Made by a program: the position numbers and the translations under genes
From: an uncultured Acidobacteriota bacterium
GTDB taxonomy: Bacteria > Acidobacteriota > Vicinamibacteria > Vicinamibacterales > UBA2999
Assembly: GCA_963709325.1 (NCBI GenBank)
Contig: CAVPVV010000003.1
Coordinates: 2,561,147-2,625,146 of the forward strand
Direction of reading: 5' to 3'
DNA length: 64,000 nt
In this document: positions 56,014 through 64,000 of the stretch, piece by piece
Numbering within the stretch: position 1 is the first letter of the stretch
Layout: the number at the start of each line of letters is the position of its first letter
The notes under the pieces: generated by a model
What the model was told of the DNA's origin: nothing
Database searches by the model: none
The model's input: only the letters and a program-made list of their open reading frames with translations

Positions 56014-57390
56014 ATGACTGTGCGGCTCCTCCTCTCGCTGGCGGTCCTCGCCGCGGCACTCCATCCCGCGCTCGTCGGGGCCCAGTCGCCCGCGACCAGC
56101 GACGCCGCCGCCTCGGCTCCGCTGAACGTCCCCTACACCGAGTTCACGCTCGCCAACGGGCTCCACGTGATCCTCCATCAGGACAAGACGATCCCCGTCG
56201 CGTCGATCAACGTCTGGTATCACGTCGGGTCGGGGCGGGAGAAGCCGGGACGAACCGGCTTCGCGCATCTCTTCGAGCACGTCATGTTCGAGGGCTCGGA
56301 GCACGTGCCCGAGGGTGCTTTCGACAACCTGCTCGAATCGGCGGGCGGCGACAACAACGGTTCCACCACCGAGGATCGGACCAACTACGTGATCGACGTG
56401 CCGTCCAACGCGCTGGAGCTGGCGCTCTACCTCGAGTCGGACCGGATGGGCTTTCTCGTGCCGACGCTGACGCAGGGCAAGCTCGACGGGCAGCGTGACG
56501 TCGTCAAGAACGAGAAGCGTCAGAGCGTCGACAACCAGCCGTACGGCCAGGCGTTCATCGAGCTGAACGCGATGCTTTATCCAAAGGGGCATCCCTACAG
56601 CTGGCCGGTGATCGGCTCGATGGAGGACCTCACCGCCGCCAGCCTCTCCGACGTCGTCGAGTTCTTCAAGACCTACTACACGCCCAACAACGCGAGCCTG
56701 GTCATCGCCGGCGACATCGAGATCGAGCCGACGAAGCAGCTGGTCGAGAAATGGTTCGGTGCAATTCCGCGCGGCGCCGAGGTGCCGCCGCTGGTGATTC
56801 CGCCCGCGACCTTATCCGAGGTCAAGCGCAAGACGATCACCGACCGCGTGCAACTGCCGCGACTCTACATGGCGTGGCCCACGCCGGCGTTCTACGCGCC
56901 GGGCGACGCGGCCATGGACCTGATCTCCAGCCTGCTGACCGGAGGGAAGAACTCGCGACTCTACCGCCGGCTGGTCTACGAGATGCAGATCGCGCAGGAC
57001 ATCACGGCCGCCCAGCAGTCGCAGGCCCTCGGCAGCAACTTCGTCGTCATTGCCACTGCTCGGCCCGGCCAGTCGCTCGAGAAGATCCAAGCGGTGATCG
57101 ACGAGGAGATCGAGAAGCTGAAACTGGGCCAGCCCGAGGAACGCGAGATGACTCGCGCCCTGAATCAGATCGAGGCGTCGTTCTACCGGCGCATGGAGCG
57201 CACCGGCAGCTTCGGCGGAAAGGCCGATCAGCTGAACGCCTACTACGTCGCGACCGGAATGCCGGACTACTTTGAAGAGGATCTGGCAAGATATCGGGCC
57301 ATCTCGCCGAACGACATCCAGTCGGCGGCACGCTTCTACCTGCCGAAGGATCGACGCGTCGAGTTGATCGTGACGGGAGAGGCGAAATGA
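56014..57390 (+). CDS. M16 (pitrilysin) family zinc peptidase, catalytic subunit, secreted
   Basis: ATG 56014 gives the signal peptide MTVRLLLSLAVLAAAL. The inverted zinc motif is HLFEHVMFEGSEH (HxxEH). Confidence 0.85.
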   Translation: MTVRLLLSLAVLAAALHPALVGAQSPATSDAAASAPLNVPYTEFTLANGLHVILHQDKTIPVASINVWYHVGSGREKPGRTGFAHLFEHVMFEGSEHVPEGAFDNLLESAGGDNNGSTTEDRTNYVIDVPSNALELALYLESDRMGFLVPTLTQGKLDGQRDVVKNEKRQSVDNQPYGQAFIELNAMLYPKGHPYSWPVIGSMEDLTAASLSDVVEFFKTYYTPNNASLVIAGDIEIEPTKQLVEKWFGAIPRGAEVPPLVIPPATLSEVKRKTITDRVQLPRLYMAWPTPAFYAPGDAAMDLISSLLTGGKNSRLYRRLVYEMQIAQDITAAQQSQALGSNFVVIATARPGQSLEKIQAVIDEEIEKLKLGQPEEREMTRALNQIEASFYRRMERTGSFGGKADQLNAYYVATGMPDYFEEDLARYRAISPNDIQSAARFYLPKDRRVELIVTGEAK

Positions 57391-58858
57391 TCGGGAGTCG
57401 GGAGTCGGGAACCGGGAGTCGGAAGAGCGCTTGTCTGGTGCTCGTCCTGGGCATCACGCTGATCGCGGGTCCGGCGCCCGCGCAGCAGCCCGATCGATCG
57501 AAGCCGCCTGCGATCGGCCCGGCGCCGGCGCTGAGGCTGCCGTCAGTCGAGAAAGGGACGCTCTCGAACGGCGTTCCTGTGTGGGTCATCGAGCAGCATC
57601 GAGTGCCGCTGGCACAGGTCAACGTGATCATGCGCGGTGGCAGCAGCCTCGACCGAAGCGGGCGTTACGGCATGGCCAGTCTCGTCGCGGCGATGCTCGA
57701 TGAAGGCGCCGGAGCGCGCTCCGCTCTCGATCTTGCTGACGCGGTGGATTTGCTGGGCGCGGATCTCTCGACCAGCAGCACCTTCGACTACTAGCGCCGT
57801 GCGGCTCTCGGTGCCGGTCAAGAACCTGGCGCCCGCGCTGGGGCTCCTCGCCGACGTCGTACTTCGCCCCACCTTCCCCGCAAACGAGCTTGAGCGCTTG
57901 AAGAAAGAGCGGCTCTCTGCGCTCGTCCAGGCGCGGGACAACCCGGCCCAGATCATCGGATACGCGTTTCCGCGTGTGGTGTTCGGGCCGACCTATCGCT
58001 ATGGCACGCCGGCCTCCGGGCTGGGTCCGGTGATCGAGGCGATCACCGCCGACGAGGTCCGCGCGTTCTACAAGGAGCACTACACCTCCGGCAACGCGAC
58101 GATCGTCGTCACCGGTGACGTGACACTGGCGAGCGTGAAGGCGGAACTCGACAAGGCGTTCACCGGCTGGCCGTCGAGCGGCGCGCGCGGGACGACCGCA
58201 GCGCTGCCGGTTGCGCCCCAGTTGACCAAGCGCGAGATCGTGCTGGTGGACAAGCCCGGGAGCGGCACAGTCGCAGATCCGCATCGGGTGGGTCGGCGTG
58301 CCCCGCTCGACGGCCGATTACGCCACGCTGCAGGTGTTGAACTCGCTGCTTGGCGGGTCGTTCGGATCACGGCTCAACCAGAACCTGCGCGAGGAACACG
58401 GCTACACCTACGGTGCGGCGTCGATGTTCGACATGCGGTCGTCCGCCGGCCCGTTCCTTGCCACTGCCGGCGTGCAGACCGACAAGACGGCCCCGGCGCT
58501 GCACGAGTTCTTCGTCGAGCTCGAGGGCATCCAGAAGCCGATTCCGGCAGCTGAGGTCGAGAAGGCGAAGAACTACGTCGCACTCGGTTTCCCGGCGGAG
58601 TTCGAGACCACGCGCGCGCTCGCACAGAAGCTCGAGGAGCTGATCGTCTACAACCTGCCCGACGACACTTACCAGTCCTTCTTCGGCGCGGTCCAAAAGG
58701 TCACCCTCGCCGAGGTCCAGAAGGCCGCCGCCCGCTACATCCAGGCCGACAAGCTGGCCATCGTCGTCGTCGGTGATTTGAAGGCGATTGAGCCGGGCAT
58801 CAAGGCACTCAACCTCGGTCCGATTCGCGTGGTACCGATCGAGGAGTTCTTCAAATAG
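57387..58858 (+). CDS. M16 family peptidase, non-catalytic partner subunit; two frameshifts (~57792 and ~58265)
   Basis: Three collinear ORF pieces (57387..57794, 57637..58554 middle part, 58298..58858) join as ...STSSTFDY|SAVRLSVPVKNL... and ...VLVDKPG..|QSQIRIGWVGVPRSTADYATLQVLNS.... There is no HxxEH motif. The start overlaps the upstream stop (ATGA). Confidence 0.75.
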
Positions 58859-58896
58859 CACCAATCGTCGTAATCGGTGCCGGTGCAGCCGGCCTG

Positions 58897-60111
58897 ATGG
58901 CGGCAATCGCCGCGGCCGGCGGGCCGGCCCCGGTGTTCCTGCTCGAGCGGACCGCTGATGGCGGCCGCAAGATCCTGATCAGTGGCGGCGGCCGGTGCAA
59001 CGTGCTGCCGTCCACGCTCGCTCCCGAGCGCTTCGTCACCGATTCGCCGCCTCGCCTGCTGCGCGGGATGCTTCGCGCCTGGCCGCTTGCGCAGATGGTG
59101 CGCTTTTTCGAGGAAGATGCCGGTATTCCACTGGCACTCGAGGCCGAGAGCGGCAAACTGTTCCCTCGCTCGAACCGGGCCCGCGACGTACGCGATGGAC
59201 TCGTCTCGCTGGCCAGCCGACGCGGCGTCCGGCTGCAGTTCAACACGCGGGTTGACGGCGTGACGCCAACCGCGGACGGGTGGACCGTTGATACGTCGAA
59301 TGGTCGGATTGCCGCGGGACGCGTGATCGTTGCCAGCGGCGGCTTGTCGGTGCCCACGACCGGAAGCGACGGCACCGGCTTCACGATCGCCCGTGCGTTC
59401 GGCCACCGTCTGCACGACACCTATCCGGCATTGACGCCGTTGACCTTCGCGCCGACGACCGGACCACGAGCGTCGCCCGCCGCACCTCGCACCCTGCACC
59501 CCGCACTTCTTGCCGGCGTGTCGCAGCGCGCGAGAATACGGGCAAGGGGCGGCGAGCGGACCACAGAGGCGACCGGCGGGTTTCTGTTCACGCACCGCGG
59601 CTACAGCGGTCCGGCAATACTCGACGTTTCACACGTGTGCGTCAGGAGTCTCGTCGCCGAGCGGGCGCGTGTTCGCGTTGCCTGGAGCCTCATCCCTCCG
59701 GCCGAATGGGAGGCACGTCTGCAGACTGGAGATCGGCAAGTCGTCACGCTGCTCTCGCAGGAGATGCCGGAACGGCTGGCCCAGGCGCTGCTTGCCATCA
59801 GCGACGTGCCTCCCGATCGGCGCACGTCCGCGCTGACCCGTGCCGAGCGTGTCGCGGTCGTCGCCAATGTCACGGCGTGCGAACTCGAGTGGACGGGCCA
59901 CGAGGGGTATCGCAAGGCCGAAGTCACCGGCGGCGGCGTGGCGCTCGACGAAGTGGACCCGCGCACGCTGGAGAGCCGACACGTGCCTGGCCTGTATTTC
60001 TGTGGTGAGGTGCTCGACGCGTTCGGCCCGATCGGCGGTCACAACTTTGTCTGGGCGTGGGCGACCGGGCGTTCAGCGGGTCTGGCCGCGGCTCTCGCCT
60101 GTAATCCTTGA
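58897..60111 (+). CDS. HI0933/BaiN-like (aminoacetone-oxidase family) FAD-binding flavoprotein; 5' end probably upstream of the first ATG
   Basis: Contains ILISGGGRCNV. The in-frame codons 58861-58896 encode PIVVIGAGAAGL, which is the expected GxGxxG FAD motif, but there is no ATG/GTG/TTG between the upstream stop (58858) and 58897. Confidence 0.75.
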   Translation: MAAIAAAGGPAPVFLLERTADGGRKILISGGGRCNVLPSTLAPERFVTDSPPRLLRGMLRAWPLAQMVRFFEEDAGIPLALEAESGKLFPRSNRARDVRDGLVSLASRRGVRLQFNTRVDGVTPTADGWTVDTSNGRIAAGRVIVASGGLSVPTTGSDGTGFTIARAFGHRLHDTYPALTPLTFAPTTGPRASPAAPRTLHPALLAGVSQRARIRARGGERTTEATGGFLFTHRGYSGPAILDVSHVCVRSLVAERARVRVAWSLIPPAEWEARLQTGDRQVVTLLSQEMPERLAQALLAISDVPPDRRTSALTRAERVAVVANVTACELEWTGHEGYRKAEVTGGGVALDEVDPRTLESRHVPGLYFCGEVLDAFGPIGGHNFVWAWATGRSAGLAAALACNP

Positions 60112-60127
60112 CTCTGGCGGCTTTCTA

Positions 60128-60190
60128 CCTTCTGCCTTCTGCCTTCTGCCTTCTGCCTTTTGCCTTTGCCTGCCTTTGGCCTTGACTTTG
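60128..60190. repeat. (CCTTCTG)x4 tandem heptamer followed by degenerate CCTTTTG/CCTTTGG units
   Basis: Read directly from the sequence. It is pyrimidine-rich on the plus strand, has no complementary arm nearby, and lies between the flavoprotein stop and the metalloprotease gene. Confidence 0.8.
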
Positions 60191-60277
60191 CTCGACCCCC
60201 GGGGCCACCCGTCTTGACCGACGTGCGAACGACAATTTCGTCGCGCGGGCTGCATAACTGATCATCGCGAGTGACCT

Positions 60278-63200
60278 GTGCCCCGGATGACACCCCGCTT
60301 CCTGTTCGTCGCGCTGTTTGCCGTAATCACCGCCGGAGCGTCCTTGACCGGCGGCGCCGTGCAGCCCGGCGCACTCAGCCTGGTTCTCGAAGCGGCTGAC
60401 GCCGCGCCAGCCGGACGCGCGCTCGCGGCTATCGCCGCCGCGCCGGAAACGGTGCAATCGCGCGCAGTCGTGGTCAACCTTGCCGCGCTGAACGCCGACG
60501 CCGTTGACATTGCCGTATCGCCGGGCCGCACCGTGCGGGCGGTCTTGGCGCAAAGGACCGCACTGCCGGGCGGAGGCGAAGCCTGGTCGGGTCAGGTCGC
60601 CGACGCGCCGCTCAGCGCCGCGACGTTCGTTCGGGCAGGCGCGATCCTTCAAGGCTCGATACGCACGCTCGACGCCGCCTACTCAATCGAGCCAATCGGC
60701 GGCACCGGGCTGCACGCGATTCGCGAGCTCGATCTCGCTCAACTTGGGCCCGAGCTGCCTTCGAGAGTGCCGCCCGCGCTGCCGGCGGCATTGGACGAGC
60801 CGCAGCGCGAAGCCGACGACGGCGCCATTTTCGACCTGCTCGTCTTGTATACGCCGGCCGCGCGCACAGCCGCTGGTGGTACGGATGGCGCCATTCAGTC
60901 GCGGATCAACCTGGGCGTCACCGAGACGAACACGGCCTACGCGAACAGCGGCATCGTTCCGCGCCTGCGTCTCGTCGGCGCCGAGCTGGTGAGCTACACG
61001 GAGCGCGGCGATCTCAGCCTCGATCTGGACGCCCTGACCAACCCCAGCGACGGTTTCATGGATGCCGTGCACGCCCGCCGCGACGCACTCGGCGCCGACC
61101 TCGTCAAGCTGGTGGTCGGTGACACCGCGGGCGGCGCCTGCGGCGTGGCGTGGCTGATGAACACGCTCACCACGAGCTTCGCCACCTACGCCTTCAGCGT
61201 CAGCGCCTACCCGTGCATCAGCCCGAACTACACGTTCGGCCACGAGCTGGGTCACAACATGGGGTCGAACCACGCGCCCGACGATGGGGTGAACAACACG
61301 CCGTTGTATCCCTACTCATTCGGGTACAAGCACCCCTCGAACCTGTTCAGGACGGTGATGGCCTACAACTGCGGCGGCAGCGGCTGCCCTCGCATCCTGT
61401 ACTTCTCGAACCCCTCGGTGCTCTACAACGGCTCGCCGACCGGGACGGTCCCGCAACACAACAACGCGCTGTCGATCAACAACGCGCGGACGACGGTCGC
61501 CAACTTCCGGCAGGCAGTTGCCGTCAACACGGCGCCGACGATTACCGCGATCGCCAACCGGACGATACCCGAGGACACGTCGACGGGGACGATACCCTTC
61601 ACCATCGGCGACGCACAGACCGCGTCCGGGAGCCTGGTGGTGACCGCAATGTCGTCCAACCCCGCGGTGGTAGCCAACACGGCCGCGGGCCTCGCCCTTG
61701 GCGGTACGACCAGCGCGCGGACGCTCGTCGTGACGCCCCAGCCCGACGCCAACGGCTACTCGACGATCGGCGTGACCGTCAGCGACGGCTCGCTCAGCGC
61801 GACCTCGACGTTCGTGCTCACGGTGACGAGTGAGAACGATCCGCCGGTGATGTCGGCCATCGGTGCGCAGACGATGAACGAGGACGAGTCGCTCTCGATT
61901 CCATTCACGGTGACCGACGTGGACAACCCGGCCAGCGCCCTTGTCGTCCAGGCGTCGTCGGCGAATACAGCGCTGATCGACGCGAGCGGCATCGCGCTCG
62001 GCGGCAGCGGCCAGTCGCGCGTCCTCACGCTGACACCGGTCGCCAACGAATCGGGCCTGGCGACGCTGACGGTGACGGTGAGCGACGGTACGGCGAGCGC
62101 GCAGCGCACGTTCACGGTGACGGTGACGCCGGTGAACGATGCCCCCGCGTTTGTCTCGTTGCCGCCGCTTGTCTCGACCACCGCCGGACAGCCCGCGACC
62201 TTGACCGTCACGCTGACCGATCCCGACACCAGCGGATCGGCGATCGCGCTCGGCGTCGCGAGCAACAACCCGGTTGTATTGCCGCAGTCCGGAGTTCTCG
62301 TCGTGCCAGTGTCGTCGACTGCGTCTTCGCGGACGTTCCAGGTGACGCTGACGCCGGCGCTGGGGCAGACCGGCACGAGCCTGCTGACCTTCACGGCCAG
62401 TGACGGCCTGGCGAACAGGACGGCGCCGGTCAGCTTCAGCGTAACTACCGTCGCCTCGGCCCCGGATCCGCCAACGGCGCTGTCGGCGACGGCGAACGGA
62501 ACGGATGTCACCTTCTCGTGGGCACCTGCCCTCACCGGCACGGTTCCCACCAGTTTCACGCTCGAGATCGGCACGGCCGCCGGGACGACGACGCTGCCGA
62601 CGCAGTCGGTCCCCTGGCCCACGACCCGGCTGACGCTGCCGCTGCCAGGCGGCACGTATCACGCGCGCGTCCGCGCCGTGAACGGGATCGGGTCGAGCAC
62701 ACCCTCGCCCGAGGCGACGATCGTCGTGGATGTGCCGACTCCGATTCCGGGACCTCCGGGCAACTTCTCGGCTACGGTGTCGGGCCGGAACGTGTCGTTT
62801 TTGTGGACGGCGTCCACGGCCGGCATGGCCGCAACGAGCTACACGATCGAGGCGGGCAGCGCGCCCGGCTTGTCCGATCTCGCGCGCCTGGCCACCGGCA
62901 CGCCGGCCACCACCTTCAGCGTCCCGAACGTGCCGCCGGGAACGTATTGGGTGCGGGTACGTGGATCGAACGACGCCGGGACAGGCGCGCCCTCGCAGGA
63001 CGTCGCGATCGTGATGAGCACGACGAGCGGCTGCGCCGGTCTGCCCGGATCGCCGGTGCTCCTCACGCCTGTCATCGACGGATTCAACGTCTCGCTGAAC
63101 TGGAACACGCCGTCATTCGGCGGGCGCGTGATGCAGTACGTGCTGTTGGCCGGCTCGGCGCCAGGACTGTCGAACCTCGCGGTGGTCAATACCGGCAACG

Positions 63201-63598
63201 CTGCAACTTCATTCGCCGCGTCGGCACCGGCCGGCGCGTACTATGTGCGAGTGGCCGCGTCGAACGCGTGTGGAACCGGCCCGGTGTCCAACGAAGTGAC
63301 CTTCTCGATCGGCTCGGCGATTCCTGAAGCGCCGATCGACCTCGCGGCTACCGTCGGCTCGAACGGCTTCGTCTCACTCACCTGGTCGCCGCCAGCATCG
63401 GGTGTGTCGCCAAGTGGTTATCTGCTCGAAGCCGGAAGCGCACTCGGCATGTCCGACCTCGCCACGCTCGCGACCGGATCGACGGCGACCACTTTTTCCG
63501 CAACGGCACAGCCAGGACGCTACTACGTCCGCGTCCGCGCGCTGACCGCCGGAGGGCCTGGGCCCGCCTCGAACGAAGTCGTCGTCGACGTCCCCTGA
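60278..63598 (+). CDS. Secreted reprolysin-like (M12B-type) zinc metalloprotease fused to three cadherin-like ~95-aa repeats and four FN3-like repeats
   Basis: Signal peptide MPRMTPRFLFVALFAVITAGA. HELGHNMGSNH (nt 61241-) plus the Met-turn RTVMAY. Repeats are delimited by N-D/T-A/P-P motifs (VNTAPT, ENDPPV, VNDAPA). The C-terminal modules end in ..VRVRAVNGIGSS.., ..VRVRGSNDAGTG.., ..VRVAASNACGTG.., ..VRVRALTAGGPG... Confidence 0.8.
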   Translation: MPRMTPRFLFVALFAVITAGASLTGGAVQPGALSLVLEAADAAPAGRALAAIAAAPETVQSRAVVVNLAALNADAVDIAVSPGRTVRAVLAQRTALPGGGEAWSGQVADAPLSAATFVRAGAILQGSIRTLDAAYSIEPIGGTGLHAIRELDLAQLGPELPSRVPPALPAALDEPQREADDGAIFDLLVLYTPAARTAAGGTDGAIQSRINLGVTETNTAYANSGIVPRLRLVGAELVSYTERGDLSLDLDALTNPSDGFMDAVHARRDALGADLVKLVVGDTAGGACGVAWLMNTLTTSFATYAFSVSAYPCISPNYTFGHELGHNMGSNHAPDDGVNNTPLYPYSFGYKHPSNLFRTVMAYNCGGSGCPRILYFSNPSVLYNGSPTGTVPQHNNALSINNARTTVANFRQAVAVNTAPTITAIANRTIPEDTSTGTIPFTIGDAQTASGSLVVTAMSSNPAVVANTAAGLALGGTTSARTLVVTPQPDANGYSTIGVTVSDGSLSATSTFVLTVTSENDPPVMSAIGAQTMNEDESLSIPFTVTDVDNPASALVVQASSANTALIDASGIALGGSGQSRVLTLTPVANESGLATLTVTVSDGTASAQRTFTVTVTPVNDAPAFVSLPPLVSTTAGQPATLTVTLTDPDTSGSAIALGVASNNPVVLPQSGVLVVPVSSTASSRTFQVTLTPALGQTGTSLLTFTASDGLANRTAPVSFSVTTVASAPDPPTALSATANGTDVTFSWAPALTGTVPTSFTLEIGTAAGTTTLPTQSVPWPTTRLTLPLPGGTYHARVRAVNGIGSSTPSPEATIVVDVPTPIPGPPGNFSATVSGRNVSFLWTASTAGMAATSYTIEAGSAPGLSDLARLATGTPATTFSVPNVPPGTYWVRVRGSNDAGTGAPSQDVAIVMSTTSGCAGLPGSPVLLTPVIDGFNVSLNWNTPSFGGRVMQYVLLAGSAPGLSNLAVVNTGNAATSFAASAPAGAYYVRVAASNACGTGPVSNEVTFSIGSAIPEAPIDLAATVGSNGFVSLTWSPPASGVSPSGYLLEAGSALGMSDLATLATGSTATTFSATAQPGRYYVRVRALTAGGPGPASNEVVVDVP

Positions 63599-63837
63599 AT
63601 CCCGCCGGCCAGGTGGGTGTCTGGGGTATGCTGGTGGTCTGGCCTCAGGCCGGGGCACGGACTAATCCCTCAGTCCTCCAGTGTTGAGCAGCAGTCGGCT
63701 CGACCTCCCGCATTGCGCCCGCGATTCTCCTTGGATCAAGAAGGGTGATGGATGTCGATCCGCCGGAATGGGCGCGAGTGAGCGGGAGTCTGGGCGGCTG
63801 GACGCCAGACCGAAGTGAGCTGAGGGGTTAGAGGTTC

Positions 63838-64000
63838 GTGAATCGACGCCTGATACTCGCGTGTGTGGTGCTTCTCGCAGCCGCGGGCGGCCTGGTCGGC
63901 CGGGCGCAGCCCGTTCGCCGCGGGAAGGAGCTCTTCTCGCCGGCAGGCCCCGGACCTTCGCAACAGGCAGTGCCATCGACCGGAACCGTTGCGCGGTTCC
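63838..64000 (+). CDS. 5' fragment of an exported protein (runs off the window end)
   Basis: Not in the ORF track. A GTG preceded by gaggggttagagg opens VNRRLILACVVLLAAAGGLVGRAQP..., a signal-peptide-like sequence, with no stop before position 64000. Confidence 0.35.
   Translation, partial: MNRRLILACVVLLAAAGGLVGRAQPVRRGKELFSPAGPGPSQQAVPSTGTVARF

Noticed and set aside
14290-58300. Programmed ribosomal frameshifting as an explanation for the frame switches
   Set aside because: There are far too many sites (dozens) and no recurring slippery heptamer or downstream structure. The affected genes are not known to use recoding.
61316-62662. 448-aa and 299-aa minus-strand ORFs inside the metalloprotease gene
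   Set aside because: These are antisense shadows. The plus strand carries a coherent repeat/domain architecture.
1-64000. tRNA, rRNA, tmRNA, RNase P or SRP RNA genes
   Set aside because: I scanned intergenic regions by eye for conserved cores (GGTTCGAATCC-type T-loops, the GGAAAGTCCGG RNase P core, the SRP GGAAGCAGCC motif). None was found. A proper tRNAscan/Infernal run is still advisable.

Overview
This is a high-G+C chromosomal segment (visibly about two-thirds G+C; not computed). It carries roughly 45 protein-coding genes. I saw no rRNA, tRNA, CRISPR array, transposase or integrase. The gene content points to Acidobacteriota (inference): a PadR + ADOP-type duplicated FtsX permease pair, a CarboxypepD_reg-type TonB-dependent receptor, a DUF1800/DUF1501 pair, a giant PIG-L deacetylase and a sortilin-type BNR protein.

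Main blocks, in order:
- partial BNR gene and mmsA
- DUF3037/HipA-like pair, serine hydrolase and MFS transporter
- ECF sigma / anti-sigma / orphan / TPR-CHAT block, with a divergent sigma-54 activator
- a decayed-gene zone
- SorA-like Mo-enzyme
- PadR-ADOP pair
- YbhGFSR-like TetR-HlyD-ABC-TolC efflux operon
- GT-C-like membrane proteins, YfcH and a membrane spermidine-synthase-like gene
- SYLF, DUF1501/DUF1800 and PIG-L
- a shattered TonB receptor
- FAD oxidase, Ada and penicillin/AHL-acylase-like genes
- wHTH-TPR regulator
- shattered purEK and nhaR
- HtpX and an M16 peptidase pair
- a 1106-aa modular reprolysin-like metalloprotease

Most notable observations:
1. The ECF-sigma / anti-sigma / orphan / TPR-CHAT block resembles the accessory module of type III-E CRISPR (Csx29/Csx30/RpoE) but has no CRISPR component.
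2. There are several families of heptamer-based repeats: CGATTGN palindromes, GTGAGAA hairpins, CCTTCTG and CTGGGGC arrays, and the 13-nt palindrome GGGGACWGTCCCC. Two palindrome pairs sit in frame inside coding sequences.
3. Indel-type frameshifts are strongly clustered in the TonB receptor and in purEK-nhaR, with isolated ones elsewhere. This is either a local assembly-quality problem or genuine decay.
4. A roughly 260-nt non-coding region shows nested and mutually exclusive helices.

Many long ORFs in the supplied track are antisense or alternative-frame shadows typical of high-GC DNA. Two edge-truncated genes are missing from the track.
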